From a virus: 64,000 bases of DNA. This document shows, piece by piece, positions 27,626-37,573 of this stretch. The notes under the pieces were generated by a model. That model saw nothing but the letters and a program-made list of their open reading frames with translations, made no database searches and was not told the origin of the DNA. The translations under genes and the position numbers were made by a program. Location: IMG/VR virus record IMGVR_UViG_3300020473_000017. One strand, written 5' to 3'. How positions within the stretch are numbered: the first letter of the stretch is position 1; the number at the start of each line of letters is the position of its first letter.

Positions 27626-30600
27626 CCTTGACCTTAGTAGTTGTATATCTACCAGTAAAGGATGTGGATGTTGTTGCAGCAGAAGATTTATTCAAACTGA
27701 TATTTACAGCATTTGCCGCAACTGAAACGGTAGCATCCATCAAATCATTATCTGAAGTAATGGAATTAGTGACAGTAGCATGTGCAACAGTACCACCAGC
27801 AGCACATATAGCAGTTACTTCAAACATATGAACTTTTCCATCATCACTTTCAACAGTGATTAATGTCTTAGCTCCCTTATATGCTGTCTTATCAAACGCA
27901 GTGATAGATGCGTTAGAAGTGAATGTGGTCATTTGGCCACCTTCTACACGACAATCATCAAGTTCCATAAAGTCAGCAGTTGAATCAAAGACTGTTTGAT
28001 AACTTGCTGCACCACCAGCACCCCAGTTCTTATTAATCTTCCATAGTGCTTCAGAACCATTAGCATCTAAATCAATAAAGAATTTATTATCTAATCTAGT
28101 AATAAAGTTTTGAAGTAGTACGTCGTTTCTTGCATATGGAGCAGATCCTCCAGAAATTGTATCAACCTTAATTGTGACATCTTGGGAAGGTGATAATCCA
28201 CCAAGAAGTGTACCAGCAATAGTAATTACTTCCCCTACCTGGTAAGTAGTACCACCAGCATTAATTGCAACTGCAGTTACTGTTCCATTTCCATCTGTAG
28301 TAACATCTACGGTTAATCCAGTACCTTCAACCTGAGCAGTTGTTGCCAGTCCAGTGAATGATTGAGATGGAGTATATGATGTTGCAACCTGTGTTAATGT
28401 AGCAGCATCTAATGTAGCAACAACACCCTGAGAAGGAACATTACGTAATCTTAAACCACCAGTAATTTCAACGTCTTGTTGGCTTCTTATTGAGAATAAT
28501 GTGCTATTGCTAGATTTAATATTTAATGGATTTAAAGAAGAACTTGTACCATCAATGTTAAAGCTGTTTGGAATAGTATGAGTGAATGAAGTATTTGGAT
28601 AAACAACACTTGTCATGTTACCCTTAAAGGTCATTGTATCTTTGCTTATTGCAAGGTTATTTTGACCTTGAGCAAAGAACTCAAATGTATCTTCATCAGA
28701 ACCAGGTGCTGATTCAGTTAATATGTAAGTATCTTGGTCAACGTCTCTAACACCACCAAGAGAAACAAAGTCAGTTCCGTTGTAACCTTCAAATTGTAAC
28801 TGTGTAGTATTATATCTAATAGCACCAGGTCTACGATCTAAAGCATTAGGACGTTCGTTTGTAGTACCTGAAGGAACTATTAACGAACCTGTAGTATTAC
28901 ATAGAACATCGAAACCTGCAGATGGTTTAAGTTCAACACCTAGACCGTCAACATCAGTAATATTAACAGTTCTACCAGTACCACCACCAACAGCAGCAAT
29001 TGTTAAAGTATCACCTACAGCATAATTTTGACCTTTACCAACAACTGTAACCGCTGAGAAGTCTCCACCAGCAACAGTAACAGTTACGGTACATCCAGTA
29101 CCAACACCATTAGATGTTGTTGCGGTTGCAGTGTAAGTTCCGTCTGTATATCCAGATCCAGATCCAGTAACACTGGTTGCTAGTATCTGACCGAAGGATC
29201 TAGTTGCAGTTGTACTATTGTTTATTATTGCATTATCTAATATACGAAGCAATCCAGCATCAAGATTACCACTAACAGTTACATCACCAGTTAAAGTTTC
29301 AATCTTAAACTTCTCTGAGGAACCATCAGTAATACTAAAGTCTTTGTCAGTACCACCCTTAAATATGAAATCTCCACCACCCTTGGTTTCAAAGTTTAAT
29401 GGAATATCAACATTACTACCATCAACTTTAATAGTATTAGTATTATCAATTGATAAGAAGTTTGTAGCAGGTCCAATTGTAACTGCATTTGCAGTTGGAT
29501 CTACCTTGAAGAATGGAGCAACATTTCCAAGAGTGGAATCTATTTGAAGTTTAGCACCATCATATCCATCAGCACCAAGTCTAAATGTTTCTACACCTGC
29601 GATTGAAACTCCAATAACATCAGCAGCTTGTCTGAATAAACCAGTAGTTAGAGAATTATCAAAGTTTAATGTTGGAGATGCTGCAGCACCATCAGCAAGA
29701 CTTGCAGTTGTATTGACAAGAGTTGTGACACCTGCAGTTGTAATACCACCATTGAATGTTGCTAATCCAGTAAACGTGGATGTAGATTGTGCAGTTATTA
29801 CACCAGAGAAGTTTGCAGTTGTTCCAGAAACACCTGTGAATGCTGCACTACCACTTCCAGAAATACTCCAAGATCCAGAAGATACCTGACCATCTGGATT
29901 TAAAACTAATTGAGTTGCACCTGTAGGTCCAAGAGTTAGAACTCCCAATTGGGACATCTCTAACTGTTTAGTACTGTTTATAGTAGCAAGAGTTGCAGTA
30001 AGACCATTTCCCTGTGCGACATTAGCACCACCAACAGGACCAAGTATTAATGTATCCGCAGCTTCATATGCAGTACCTTCAGCAGCTACAGCTAGTGCAG
30101 TACAGAATCCAACGTTAGTAACGGTATATTGGAAACCAGCTCCACCACCACCTCCAACTGTACTATCATCTACAGAAAGAACATCTCCAATTGCATATCC
30201 AGCACCATCTAATGATATGTCAGTAACACTAGTAATACCTGTAGTATTAGTTTGAAGAGTATATTGGAAACCAGCTCCACCTTGACCACCAAGATCTACG
30301 TCATCTGCTAATAATACATCACCAATCTGGTAATTAGTACCTTGAGAAGTAATAGTTACAGTAGTAACAATACCACTAGCAACAACCAATGATGCAGTCA
30401 TCTGATCACCAGCATCACCTAAAGCACCAGAAGCGAATGTAATTACTGCATTCTCGGACATTCCAGTTCCATGGACTGTACATGAATATGTCGCAGTTGC
30501 AGTAGTTCCAGATACAGAAGCAAGAACAACTTCAAAATAAGATCCAGCATCTCCTGGAGTTCCGTATTGTCTAGTAGTTAAGTCTGGAACAGCAATTATT

Positions 30601-33600
30601 TGTAATGGATGACCAGCATTGGTAGAATCACTAGTATCAAATCTATATGTATTGTTATCTAATAAAGTAAAGTCAGCTGCCTCAGTTGCACCAGAACCAG
30701 TATCAATGAAATACCTATTAACTCCACCAGCTAATGTATCTAATGTTGCAGTAGCATTTGAATTTCCACCTGTTATGGTATCTACTTGAGCATCTGAAAA
30801 TGTACCAGAAGCGTTATTAACAAATATAAAAGCATTACTTGTATCAACATATGTAACTGTTGCAGTTACACCAGAACTTGATCCAGTTACTGTCTCTCCT
30901 ACTTGGAAAGGTCCATTAGCAATACCAGAAATTGTTAACTTATCTCTAGCTGCTACTGTAACTGTATATGTTGCAGTTGGTGTATTACGTAAGGTTACAG
31001 CATAGGTTCCATCTAAGTATCCAGAACCACCATTAGTAAGAGTTCCTTGAAGACCTGGAATAACGAATGTAGCAGTTGCGGTTACACTTGGACTTCCACC
31101 AGTAAAGGTTACGTTTGGATATGAACCTGCGGTATAACCAGAACCAGCAACACTAATGTTTCCTTCAAGAGATTGAATACTAGCTTCTAAACTACCACCA
31201 GTACCACCACCTCCAGTAAATGTAAGTGTTGGTGCAGAAGTGTATCCTTCACCAGCAACAGAAAGAGTTACAGATGATACCCTACCTTCTTTCTCGTTAA
31301 GTACAGGAGTAAATTGTGCATCTACTAAAGCATCGCCTGTACCAGGACTTAATACTGGAAGATTTCTATATCCTAAACCTTGTCCAGTTAATGTAACTGA
31401 AGCAATAGGGAATCCAATAGTTGCAGTAGCAGTAGCACCAGATCCAGTTGTATCTCCAGCACCAAGGGTAAATCCTACTGTTGGTGCAGATGTATATACA
31501 CCACCTTGACCAACTGTTATAGTATCAACTGCAAATCCTAAATCTACTGCAAGAACACAACCAGCACCTGATCCAGAATCAGTTACTGTAACAGCAGGTG
31601 CGTTTTGGTATCCAGAACCAACATCAGTAACAGTGACACTATCAACAACACCAGCAGTTTGACCAAGAGTTATAGTTGCAGTAGTACCAATAAGGAATTG
31701 ATCTAATGTACCTGTGCTAGTAATATCAATTTCAGTTCCAGCGTTAGCATTAACCAAACTAGTTGCTAATTTAACAAAATCTTTATCTACTCTAATAGCA
31801 AAATATGAACCATTATGAGCAAGTCCACCAGGAGCAGTTGCAGCTGCATTTTGAGTTTGTGAATCTAGAGTACAAACCATCCCAGTCTCAAAGGAATGGT
31901 TCTCAATACGAATAGTATTATTAGTTACATCTACAGTATTTTGCTGAACATTATTAGCATCATTATATGTACCATCACCAACATAAATGTTTTGTTGAGG
32001 AGGATCTACAACACCAGTAGGACCAGCATAGTTTCCACCACCAGCCTGTATACTGACATTGTTTACAATACCTGCTTGACCTAATGTAGTTGATGCAGCA
32101 CCACCACCAGTACCACCACCAGTAAGTGTAACATCAGGAGGGGCAGTATAATTACTTCCTCTAGCTGTTAGGGTAAAACTTTTTAATGCACCATCTGTTT
32201 CAAGAACACATGTAGCAGTTGCTAATTGGAATGGATTAGTTGTAACTTCAATGGGTTGAAGACCACCAACATATCCTGTTCCTGCATTGGTAAGGTTAAC
32301 GGTACCAAGACCGTTCTTCATTACAACAAAAGATCTTGTAGAGAAACAAGAAGCTTCAGATGAACCAAATAATGTACTGTCATTAAATCCAGTAATATTC
32401 AGAGCACCTTGAGTTACGCTACCAAAAGCAACAGATTTGTTTACATCAAAGTAAACTGCCTCTTTAACGATTGTTTCAGCGTTAACAACAAAGTCTTCGT
32501 TACCAGCAGGGTCAACAATTACCTGACCTGTTGTAGAAGTAAGACTGTTACCTGCAAGACGTAAATTCCCTGTCTCAATATAAGCAGGGTAAATGTTTGT
32601 AGTACCAGTTCCATCACTTAATGTGATGTTTGCAGCAGACTGTGCTTGAGATGTTGCTTGGAATGATACGTTTCCAGTTGCTTGATCAACTGAAAAAGCT
32701 TCACCAACACGGAAGTCACCGTCTTGGTCAGTTGATGAATAGAGTACCTTACCACCATTTAATTCTTCAACTTCATTTGCTTGAACTGCAAGTGAAGGGT
32801 CATTGGTATAGTCTGCTTGAGCACCAACATATCCAAAGTTATGTGCGGTAAGAATTATCTTACAACCAGAACCATTAGCTTGAGCACCTTTAAGTCCATA
32901 TACATTGGCAGAAGCAACTGAACGTAACTCACAACCAAATTGTGAATAGTCAGCAGTGATCACAGAAGTAGCAGAATCTCCTCCACTAGATCGCACATCA
33001 CTTATACCACCAGAGGTGTCTGTGAAGGTCGTAGTAGCGTCGTCACCGTTCGCATGAAGCAATAGTACCGTATTAAGATCAGAGCTATATTCACCTGTTG
33101 TAGGAGTGAATGCACCTGTGAACCTAGCAGCACCTTTACTAACTCTTACTTCATCAATATGTCCATCAAATTCTTCAACAGGAGTAGCGGCATAGTTTGC
33201 ACCAATCCTTATCGGTTTAGTAGATCCATAATCATTAGTATCTGCACCAGTACCTAATTCTACTCCATCTAAGAATAATTTTGTAGTTCCACCATTTCTT
33301 GCAACTGCAACATGATACCAAGTACCTGTAGAAAGAGTACCACCACTACGTACTGATGAGTTACCAACACCAAAGTGAAGTGTAGTGCCATCTAAGTATA
33401 ATTTAGGAGCAGTATCTGTAGCATTAGTATCTCTTAAGTCAAATATATGCTGTGTACCTGTTACACTGTTGGGTCTAATAAATGCTTCAAGACACCAGTT
33501 AGAAGTACCAAATCCAAAGTCTTCAGTTGTAGGTACATTTAGAGCATCCTCAGTACCATCAAATAAGATTGATGCACTACCAAATTTCTTTTGATTAGTA

Positions 33601-34907
33601 TCAATCTGTGTGTCACCAAACCTACTAGTAGTCTTTACTGGTTTGGTTGTAGTTACGAATGCACCTGTTCCCTTACCATCAATATAAACATAAGTACCAT
33701 CATTGCTGTCAAGAACACCACGAGCTACTGCTTTCTTATATGTTACGTTACCAGAAGCAATTGTTCCAGATGATGAATCTGTATAAGTGAATGTATTAGC
33801 ATCTACTACAGTTACCTGATAATAATTATCTGTGGCACCACCACTAATATGATCTGCATATATGTAATCATTAGTTGTTAAACCATGACCAGTTCTGGTC
33901 AAAGTAACTACAGCAGCAGCACGAGCATATGTTCCAGATTGGAAACTATCCTCTAACTGATATGCTACTTCAGTGGCAGAGAATGTTCCACTAACACCAC
34001 CAAGTTTTAAACGAGTTTTACCAGTACCAAACTTACCTGTTGCTCCCTGAAGACCTTGTATACCAACAGAAGCAAAATAACAGAAAGAATTTAACCACTC
34101 AACACGAATACCATTAGTACAAAGTACACCAACTTGATTTGGTGTGATGAATGTACACTCATTAAAGAGTACTGCTGCATGTTGTGATGCAGCTGCAATT
34201 TTAGAACCATCTAATTTAGCACCACGTCCAGCGTCTCCTTGTGAATATCCATAAGGATCAGAACCAGAAGTTACACTACCTTTAGTACTTACAGTAACTC
34301 TTTCTATGTAAGGACTCTTATTAGAACTAGTAGAAGCTGATAATTCAAATCCATATCCATCATCATTTCCAGAATCATATAAAAAATCTTTAATAGTTAA
34401 ATCTGATACATGTGTATCACCTTCAAGTATAAACGCAGTGTTAGACACTGTAGGTCCAGTTGGTTTAACTTGAGTAGAACGTAAATTAGTACCACGAAGA
34501 GTTATTCCATCAGGAACAGTCATTGGAAAGACTTCCTGATACTCACCTGGTGCAACTATAATTGTATCTCCCGAAGTTGCAGTTGTGAGTGCTTTTGTTA
34601 TTGTTAAGAATGGGGTGTCTGGATGCTTTCCTGCAGCACCACCATTAGCAAGAGTTGTTGTATCTGAACCTACTGTAGCGACATACCAAGTTTGCCCCTG
34701 ACCATTTGTAATGTCAGTGGATAACATCGTAGTGACAACCTCACCCGTATTGGGTTTTTGGTTAGCAACCTCTATTACATTTCCACCATTTCTGGCGTAT
34801 AATTTTCGATCTGCTATATTAAGAGCGACCTCACCGTCTTCTAAATTAGAAGTCGTCGGGACGGTCGCTGCTACTGTCGATCTCTTTAGCTTGATTCTCG
34901 TTGACAT
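27621..34907 (-). CDS. Large fibre or structural protein, 2428 aa: Mtd_N-like start, beta-helix, LamG/ConA-like domain, Gly-rich GxGY repeats and cupredoxin-like domain
   Basis: IKLKRS....P....L..GEVALN; PFLTITKAL....GDTIIVAPGEY.E (beta-helix start); WYHVAVAR....KLFLDG....FDGHIDEVRVSKG.ARF (LamG). Confidence 0.85.
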   Translation of the reverse strand: MSTRIKLKRSTVAATVPTTSNLEDGEVALNIADRKLYARNGGNVIEVANQKPNTGEVVTTMLSTDITNGQGQTWYVATVGSDTTTLANGGAAGKHPDTPFLTITKALTTATSGDTIIVAPGEYQEVFPMTVPDGITLRGTNLRSTQVKPTGPTVSNTAFILEGDTHVSDLTIKDFLYDSGNDDGYGFELSASTSSNKSPYIERVTVSTKGSVTSGSDPYGYSQGDAGRGAKLDGSKIAAASQHAAVLFNECTFITPNQVGVLCTNGIRVEWLNSFCYFASVGIQGLQGATGKFGTGKTRLKLGGVSGTFSATEVAYQLEDSFQSGTYARAAAVVTLTRTGHGLTTNDYIYADHISGGATDNYYQVTVVDANTFTYTDSSSGTIASGNVTYKKAVARGVLDSNDGTYVYIDGKGTGAFVTTTKPVKTTSRFGDTQIDTNQKKFGSASILFDGTEDALNVPTTEDFGFGTSNWCLEAFIRPNSVTGTQHIFDLRDTNATDTAPKLYLDGTTLHFGVGNSSVRSGGTLSTGTWYHVAVARNGGTTKLFLDGVELGTGADTNDYGSTKPIRIGANYAATPVEEFDGHIDEVRVSKGAARFTGAFTPTTGEYSSDLNTVLLLHANGDDATTTFTDTSGGISDVRSSGGDSATSVITADYSQFGCELRSVASANVYGLKGAQANGSGCKIILTAHNFGYVGAQADYTNDPSLAVQANEVEELNGGKVLYSSTDQDGDFRVGEAFSVDQATGNVSFQATSQAQSAANITLSDGTGTTNIYPAYIETGNLRLAGNSLTSTTGQVIVDPAGNEDFVVNAETIVKEAVYFDVNKSVAFGSVTQGALNITGFNDSTLFGSSEASCFSTRSFVVMKNGLGTVNLTNAGTGYVGGLQPIEVTTNPFQLATATCVLETDGALKSFTLTARGSNYTAPPDVTLTGGGTGGGAASTTLGQAGIVNNVSIQAGGGNYAGPTGVVDPPQQNIYVGDGTYNDANNVQQNTVDVTNNTIRIENHSFETGMVCTLDSQTQNAAATAPGGLAHNGSYFAIRVDKDFVKLATSLVNANAGTEIDITSTGTLDQFLIGTTATITLGQTAGVVDSVTVTDVGSGYQNAPAVTVTDSGSGAGCVLAVDLGFAVDTITVGQGGVYTSAPTVGFTLGAGDTTGSGATATATIGFPIASVTLTGQGLGYRNLPVLSPGTGDALVDAQFTPVLNEKEGRVSSVTLSVAGEGYTSAPTLTFTGGGGTGGSLEASIQSLEGNISVAGSGYTAGSYPNVTFTGGSPSVTATATFVIPGLQGTLTNGGSGYLDGTYAVTLRNTPTATYTVTVAARDKLTISGIANGPFQVGETVTGSSSGVTATVTYVDTSNAFIFVNNASGTFSDAQVDTITGGNSNATATLDTLAGGVNRYFIDTGSGATEAADFTLLDNNTYRFDTSDSTNAGHPLQIIAVPDLTTRQYGTPGDAGSYFEVVLASVSGTTATATYSCTVHGTGMSENAVITFASGALGDAGDQMTASLVVASGIVTTVTITSQGTNYQIGDVLLADDVDLGGQGGAGFQYTLQTNTTGITSVTDISLDGAGYAIGDVLSVDDSTVGGGGGAGFQYTVTNVGFCTALAVAAEGTAYEAADTLILGPVGGANVAQGNGLTATLATINSTKQLEMSQLGVLTLGPTGATQLVLNPDGQVSSGSWSISGSGSAAFTGVSGTTANFSGVITAQSTSTFTGLATFNGGITTAGVTTLVNTTASLADGAAASPTLNFDNSLTTGLFRQAADVIGVSIAGVETFRLGADGYDGAKLQIDSTLGNVAPFFKVDPTANAVTIGPATNFLSIDNTNTIKVDGSNVDIPLNFETKGGGDFIFKGGTDKDFSITDGSSEKFKIETLTGDVTVSGNLDAGLLRILDNAIINNSTTATRSFGQILATSVTGSGSGYTDGTYTATATTSNGVGTGCTVTVTVAGGDFSAVTVVGKGQNYAVGDTLTIAAVGGGTGRTVNITDVDGLGVELKPSAGFDVLCNTTGSLIVPSGTTNERPNALDRRPGAIRYNTTQLQFEGYNGTDFVSLGGVRDVDQDTYILTESAPGSDEDTFEFFAQGQNNLAISKDTMTFKGNMTSVVYPNTSFTHTIPNSFNIDGTSSSLNPLNIKSSNSTLFSIRSQQDVEITGGLRLRNVPSQGVVATLDAATLTQVATSYTPSQSFTGLATTAQVEGTGLTVDVTTDGNGTVTAVAINAGGTTYQVGEVITIAGTLLGGLSPSQDVTIKVDTISGGSAPYARNDVLLQNFITRLDNKFFIDLDANGSEALWKINKNWGAGGAASYQTVFDSTADFMELDDCRVEGGQMTTFTSNASITAFDKTAYKGAKTLITVESDDGKVHMFEVTAICAAGGTVAHATVTNSITSDNDLMDATVSVAANAVNISLNKSSAATTSTSFTGRYTTTKVKV

Positions 34908-35052
34908 CTAGAGCATTCTCAGATTGTTGGTCTTGATTTATACTATTTAACTGACTTTGCAGATCTTGTATCTGCGCTTCCAGCATCACGTTAATAAGGG
35001 TCAATTCAGAAACTTTCTTTTGTAATGTACCAATAACAATTTGTGCGTTCAT
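34846..35052 (-). CDS. Small coiled-coil protein, 68 aa
   Basis: Heptad pattern LQKKVSELTLINVMLEAQIQDLQSQL. Lies between two fibre genes. Confidence 0.7.
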   Translation of the reverse strand: MNAQIVIGTLQKKVSELTLINVMLEAQIQDLQSQLNSINQDQQSENALDVNENQAKEIDSSSDRPDDF

Positions 35053-35070
35053 AATTCATAAAGATAGATT

Positions 35071-36756
35071 TTAAAATGTTCCACCATCTATGGTGTTTGT
35101 CCATACAGGTACACCACCACTAGTGACTGTTAGTACTTGATAAGATGTTGTTGCATCATTACCAGTACCAGGAGATGCCATATTAGCAGCTGCAGTTACT
35201 TGTAATGGGTTTCCAGCATCACCATAAGGTATACCATATTGTGTAAAGGTTGAAACACCAGTACCACCATATTGTACCTCAAGGTCAGTATCTAGTTCAA
35301 GATCACCAATAACAACAGTACCACGGTTACCAGTTATACCAAATACAGTACCTGTGTCAGTTGCTTCCTCAATGAAAGTCCAAGCACCAGCACCATCGCC
35401 ACCACCTGTACGGTCATAACCGAAGAAACCAAACTTATTAGTTCCTGAATTGTTGTAGTGTACTTTAACACCACGATCCATTGCATCATCAGCACCTCTA
35501 ACAGTAACTAATGTAGCACCAACAACTTGGTCAGCAGTAATTGCCGCACTTAATGTAAGTGTTTTTGTACCAACGTTGATAGAAGCAATAGTTGTGCTGT
35601 TAGGAATACCAGTACCAGTGATTGAATCACCAGCTTGTAACTGTTCTACAGCATCAACCTGAACATCAACTGTTGCGTTACCTGCAAAGGTAGCAAGAGT
35701 TTTAACTGTAACAGGTGTAGTAGGATCACCCAATTCAATGGTAGGATCGTTAACACTCATTGAAGCAGAGTTAACAGTCGTTGTAGTACCATCAATTTGA
35801 AGGTCACCTTTAATTATGACCAAACCATCAGCGTCTCCACCTGCAGGATATGGGTCAATAATCAATTCTTGTATACTATTAATAGTGGAAAGTACATTTC
35901 CATCTAATTTCAGATTGTCAATTTCAATTTGACCAGTCTGAGATGTATTACCAGTAATGTTTGTTAGACCATTAAAGGTAACTTGGTTTTGGAAGGTTGT
36001 AGTTGCATTAACTTCCAATGTATCTGTGTTTGCAGTACCAAGAACTGTGTTGTCATCAACCTTAAGGTCTTTAACCCATGCAGTTGCAGCAACACCGATA
36101 CCACCAGCAAATGTTGTACTTGCGGTTGATACGTTTGAAGCATCAGTTGTATCAGCAACGTTTAGAACAACACCTGTGGCAAAGTTCCAATCTGCACCTT
36201 CTATCTGTATTTTATCGGAGGTTGTTTCATCGTAGTAGATAGAAGCATCCTTTGTATTACCGAAGTGAAGCTTCATATCATCGGCGATACGCAAGTCGGG
36301 GGTACCTGCTACACGCTTGATGTCTACAACAGCATCAGAATCATTGAATACAAACTCTACATCTCCTGTAGTACCAAATTCTAGTTCTTGTCCATCTTCG
36401 ATGACAAGTTTACCTGTGCCATTTGCTCTGAATATAAGATCAGTATCAGTAGTGGCTGTTGTAATGACGTTAGCATCTAAGTTAATGTCATCAACATTCC
36501 AAGTATCTACCTTTGAGTTACTGTCTACAATAACAGCAGAAGCAGCAGTAAGAGTTCCATGAACATGATCCAACATGTCTGTGAAATATCTACCACCAAC
36601 TACCTGAGCAGCACCGTTGTTATCTCCAGCAAACAGTCTATCTCCAGCATTTGCTTGAGTTCCATTTGCACCTATAGTAAGTGCTATTTCACCATATGTA
36701 ATGGTGCCTGGTGCGACTGATCCAGTACTCCTTTTAATGAGTATATTTGATGCCAT
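35071..36756 (-). CDS. Fibre or structural protein, 561 aa
   Basis: MASNILIKRS..P..GEIA start, GDLQIDGTTTTVNS....V.D..I.L and V.YGGTG fibre motifs, IDGGTF end. Confidence 0.8.
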   Translation of the reverse strand: MASNILIKRSTGSVAPGTITYGEIALTIGANGTQANAGDRLFAGDNNGAAQVVGGRYFTDMLDHVHGTLTAASAVIVDSNSKVDTWNVDDINLDANVITTATTDTDLIFRANGTGKLVIEDGQELEFGTTGDVEFVFNDSDAVVDIKRVAGTPDLRIADDMKLHFGNTKDASIYYDETTSDKIQIEGADWNFATGVVLNVADTTDASNVSTASTTFAGGIGVAATAWVKDLKVDDNTVLGTANTDTLEVNATTTFQNQVTFNGLTNITGNTSQTGQIEIDNLKLDGNVLSTINSIQELIIDPYPAGGDADGLVIIKGDLQIDGTTTTVNSASMSVNDPTIELGDPTTPVTVKTLATFAGNATVDVQVDAVEQLQAGDSITGTGIPNSTTIASINVGTKTLTLSAAITADQVVGATLVTVRGADDAMDRGVKVHYNNSGTNKFGFFGYDRTGGGDGAGAWTFIEEATDTGTVFGITGNRGTVVIGDLELDTDLEVQYGGTGVSTFTQYGIPYGDAGNPLQVTAAANMASPGTGNDATTSYQVLTVTSGGVPVWTNTIDGGTF

Positions 36757-36977
36757 TAGAAGCTACCCCCGTTGATAGTTACGTCGTTCAAAACATTTGT
36801 AGGTACAAATTTTGTGTCAGCTGCAGAATAAACTAGCACTGCACCATTTGCTAGTCCTCCTTGAGATACGTCTGTCAGATCTACATCAGACATACCACCA
36901 ATAGTACCACCGCCACCTCCTGTGGCGACCCTGGTTACTCTTGGAACTGATTGATCTCCAAATCTGAGTCTAGCCAT
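36756..36977 (-). CDS. Small structural protein, 73 aa
   Basis: SDV.......G.VLVY.....F fibre motif, ends INGGSF, TAATG overlaps on both sides. Confidence 0.75.
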   Translation of the reverse strand: MARLRFGDQSVPRVTRVATGGGGGTIGGMSDVDLTDVSQGGLANGAVLVYSAADTKFVPTNVLNDVTINGGSF

Positions 36978-37315
36978 TAGACAGTTACCCCCTCAAGTAC
37001 GCTTACTGAACCTTCCAGAACTCTGGACTTAGTGCCAGAAGTTGCTGTAATAACGACATCATATACGTAACGACCTGACTTCATTGCGGCCGTTTGACCA
37101 TTTGTTAGAGATAGTTGAATTTGTCCAGCAGTAGCAGGAGACAAAATTGCTGCTGTTACTGTTGTAGAAGTACTACTTGTATAATGCTTCTTAATTTTAC
37201 ATGCTACTGTATACCCTACAAGGCTAAAAGGAGTTCCGTTATCATTCTCAACAGTAAAGTCGATAATGAAATCAGAACCTTGATATATTAGCAGGTTGGA
37301 TACAGCAGAAGCCAT
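36977..37315 (-). CDS. Ig-like (BppU-N-like) virion adaptor protein, 112 aa
   Basis: NL.IYQGSDF....L.GYT....G.I.LSLT..QT.....GRYVYDV......RVLEG pattern. Confidence 0.7.
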   Translation of the reverse strand: MASAVSNLLIYQGSDFIIDFTVENDNGTPFSLVGYTVACKIKKHYTSSTSTTVTAAILSPATAGQIQLSLTNGQTAAMKSGRYVYDVVITATSGTKSRVLEGSVSVLEGVTV

Positions 37316-37337
37316 TCTCTAAAATAATCCTAATTAT

Positions 37338-37359
37338 TATTTAGCTTAAATCTATTTAT
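37338..37359 (-). promoter_or_regulatory. Candidate late promoter motifs CTAAATA (37338-37344) and ATAAATA (37353-37359)
   Basis: Both lie just upstream of the ATG at 37315. Confidence 0.55.
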
Positions 37360-37570
37360 CTGCTTTCTGTACCAAGTTATGTACAAGATCCTTTAATTCA
37401 TCTACTTCCTTTCTTAAGTCTTTAATATCTCTATCCTTTCTTCTAGCTTCATCTCTAGCTTGTTTATATGCCAAATATCCACTATCGTCAGTATTTAATA
37501 TCGCATTAGACTGCGAATCCCTGCCGAGGTTTGTGTGACCTTCAACAGGGATTAGTTCAAGTTCATCCAT
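37352..37570 (-). CDS. Small protein with C-terminal coiled coil, 72 aa
   Basis: VEGH..L.RD..S.AI.N.D followed by a coiled coil. Directly follows the VrlC-like gene. Confidence 0.8.
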   Translation of the reverse strand: MDELELIPVEGHTNLGRDSQSNAILNTDDSGYLAYKQARDEARRKDRDIKDLRKEVDELKDLVHNLVQKADK

Positions 37571-37573
37571 TAT

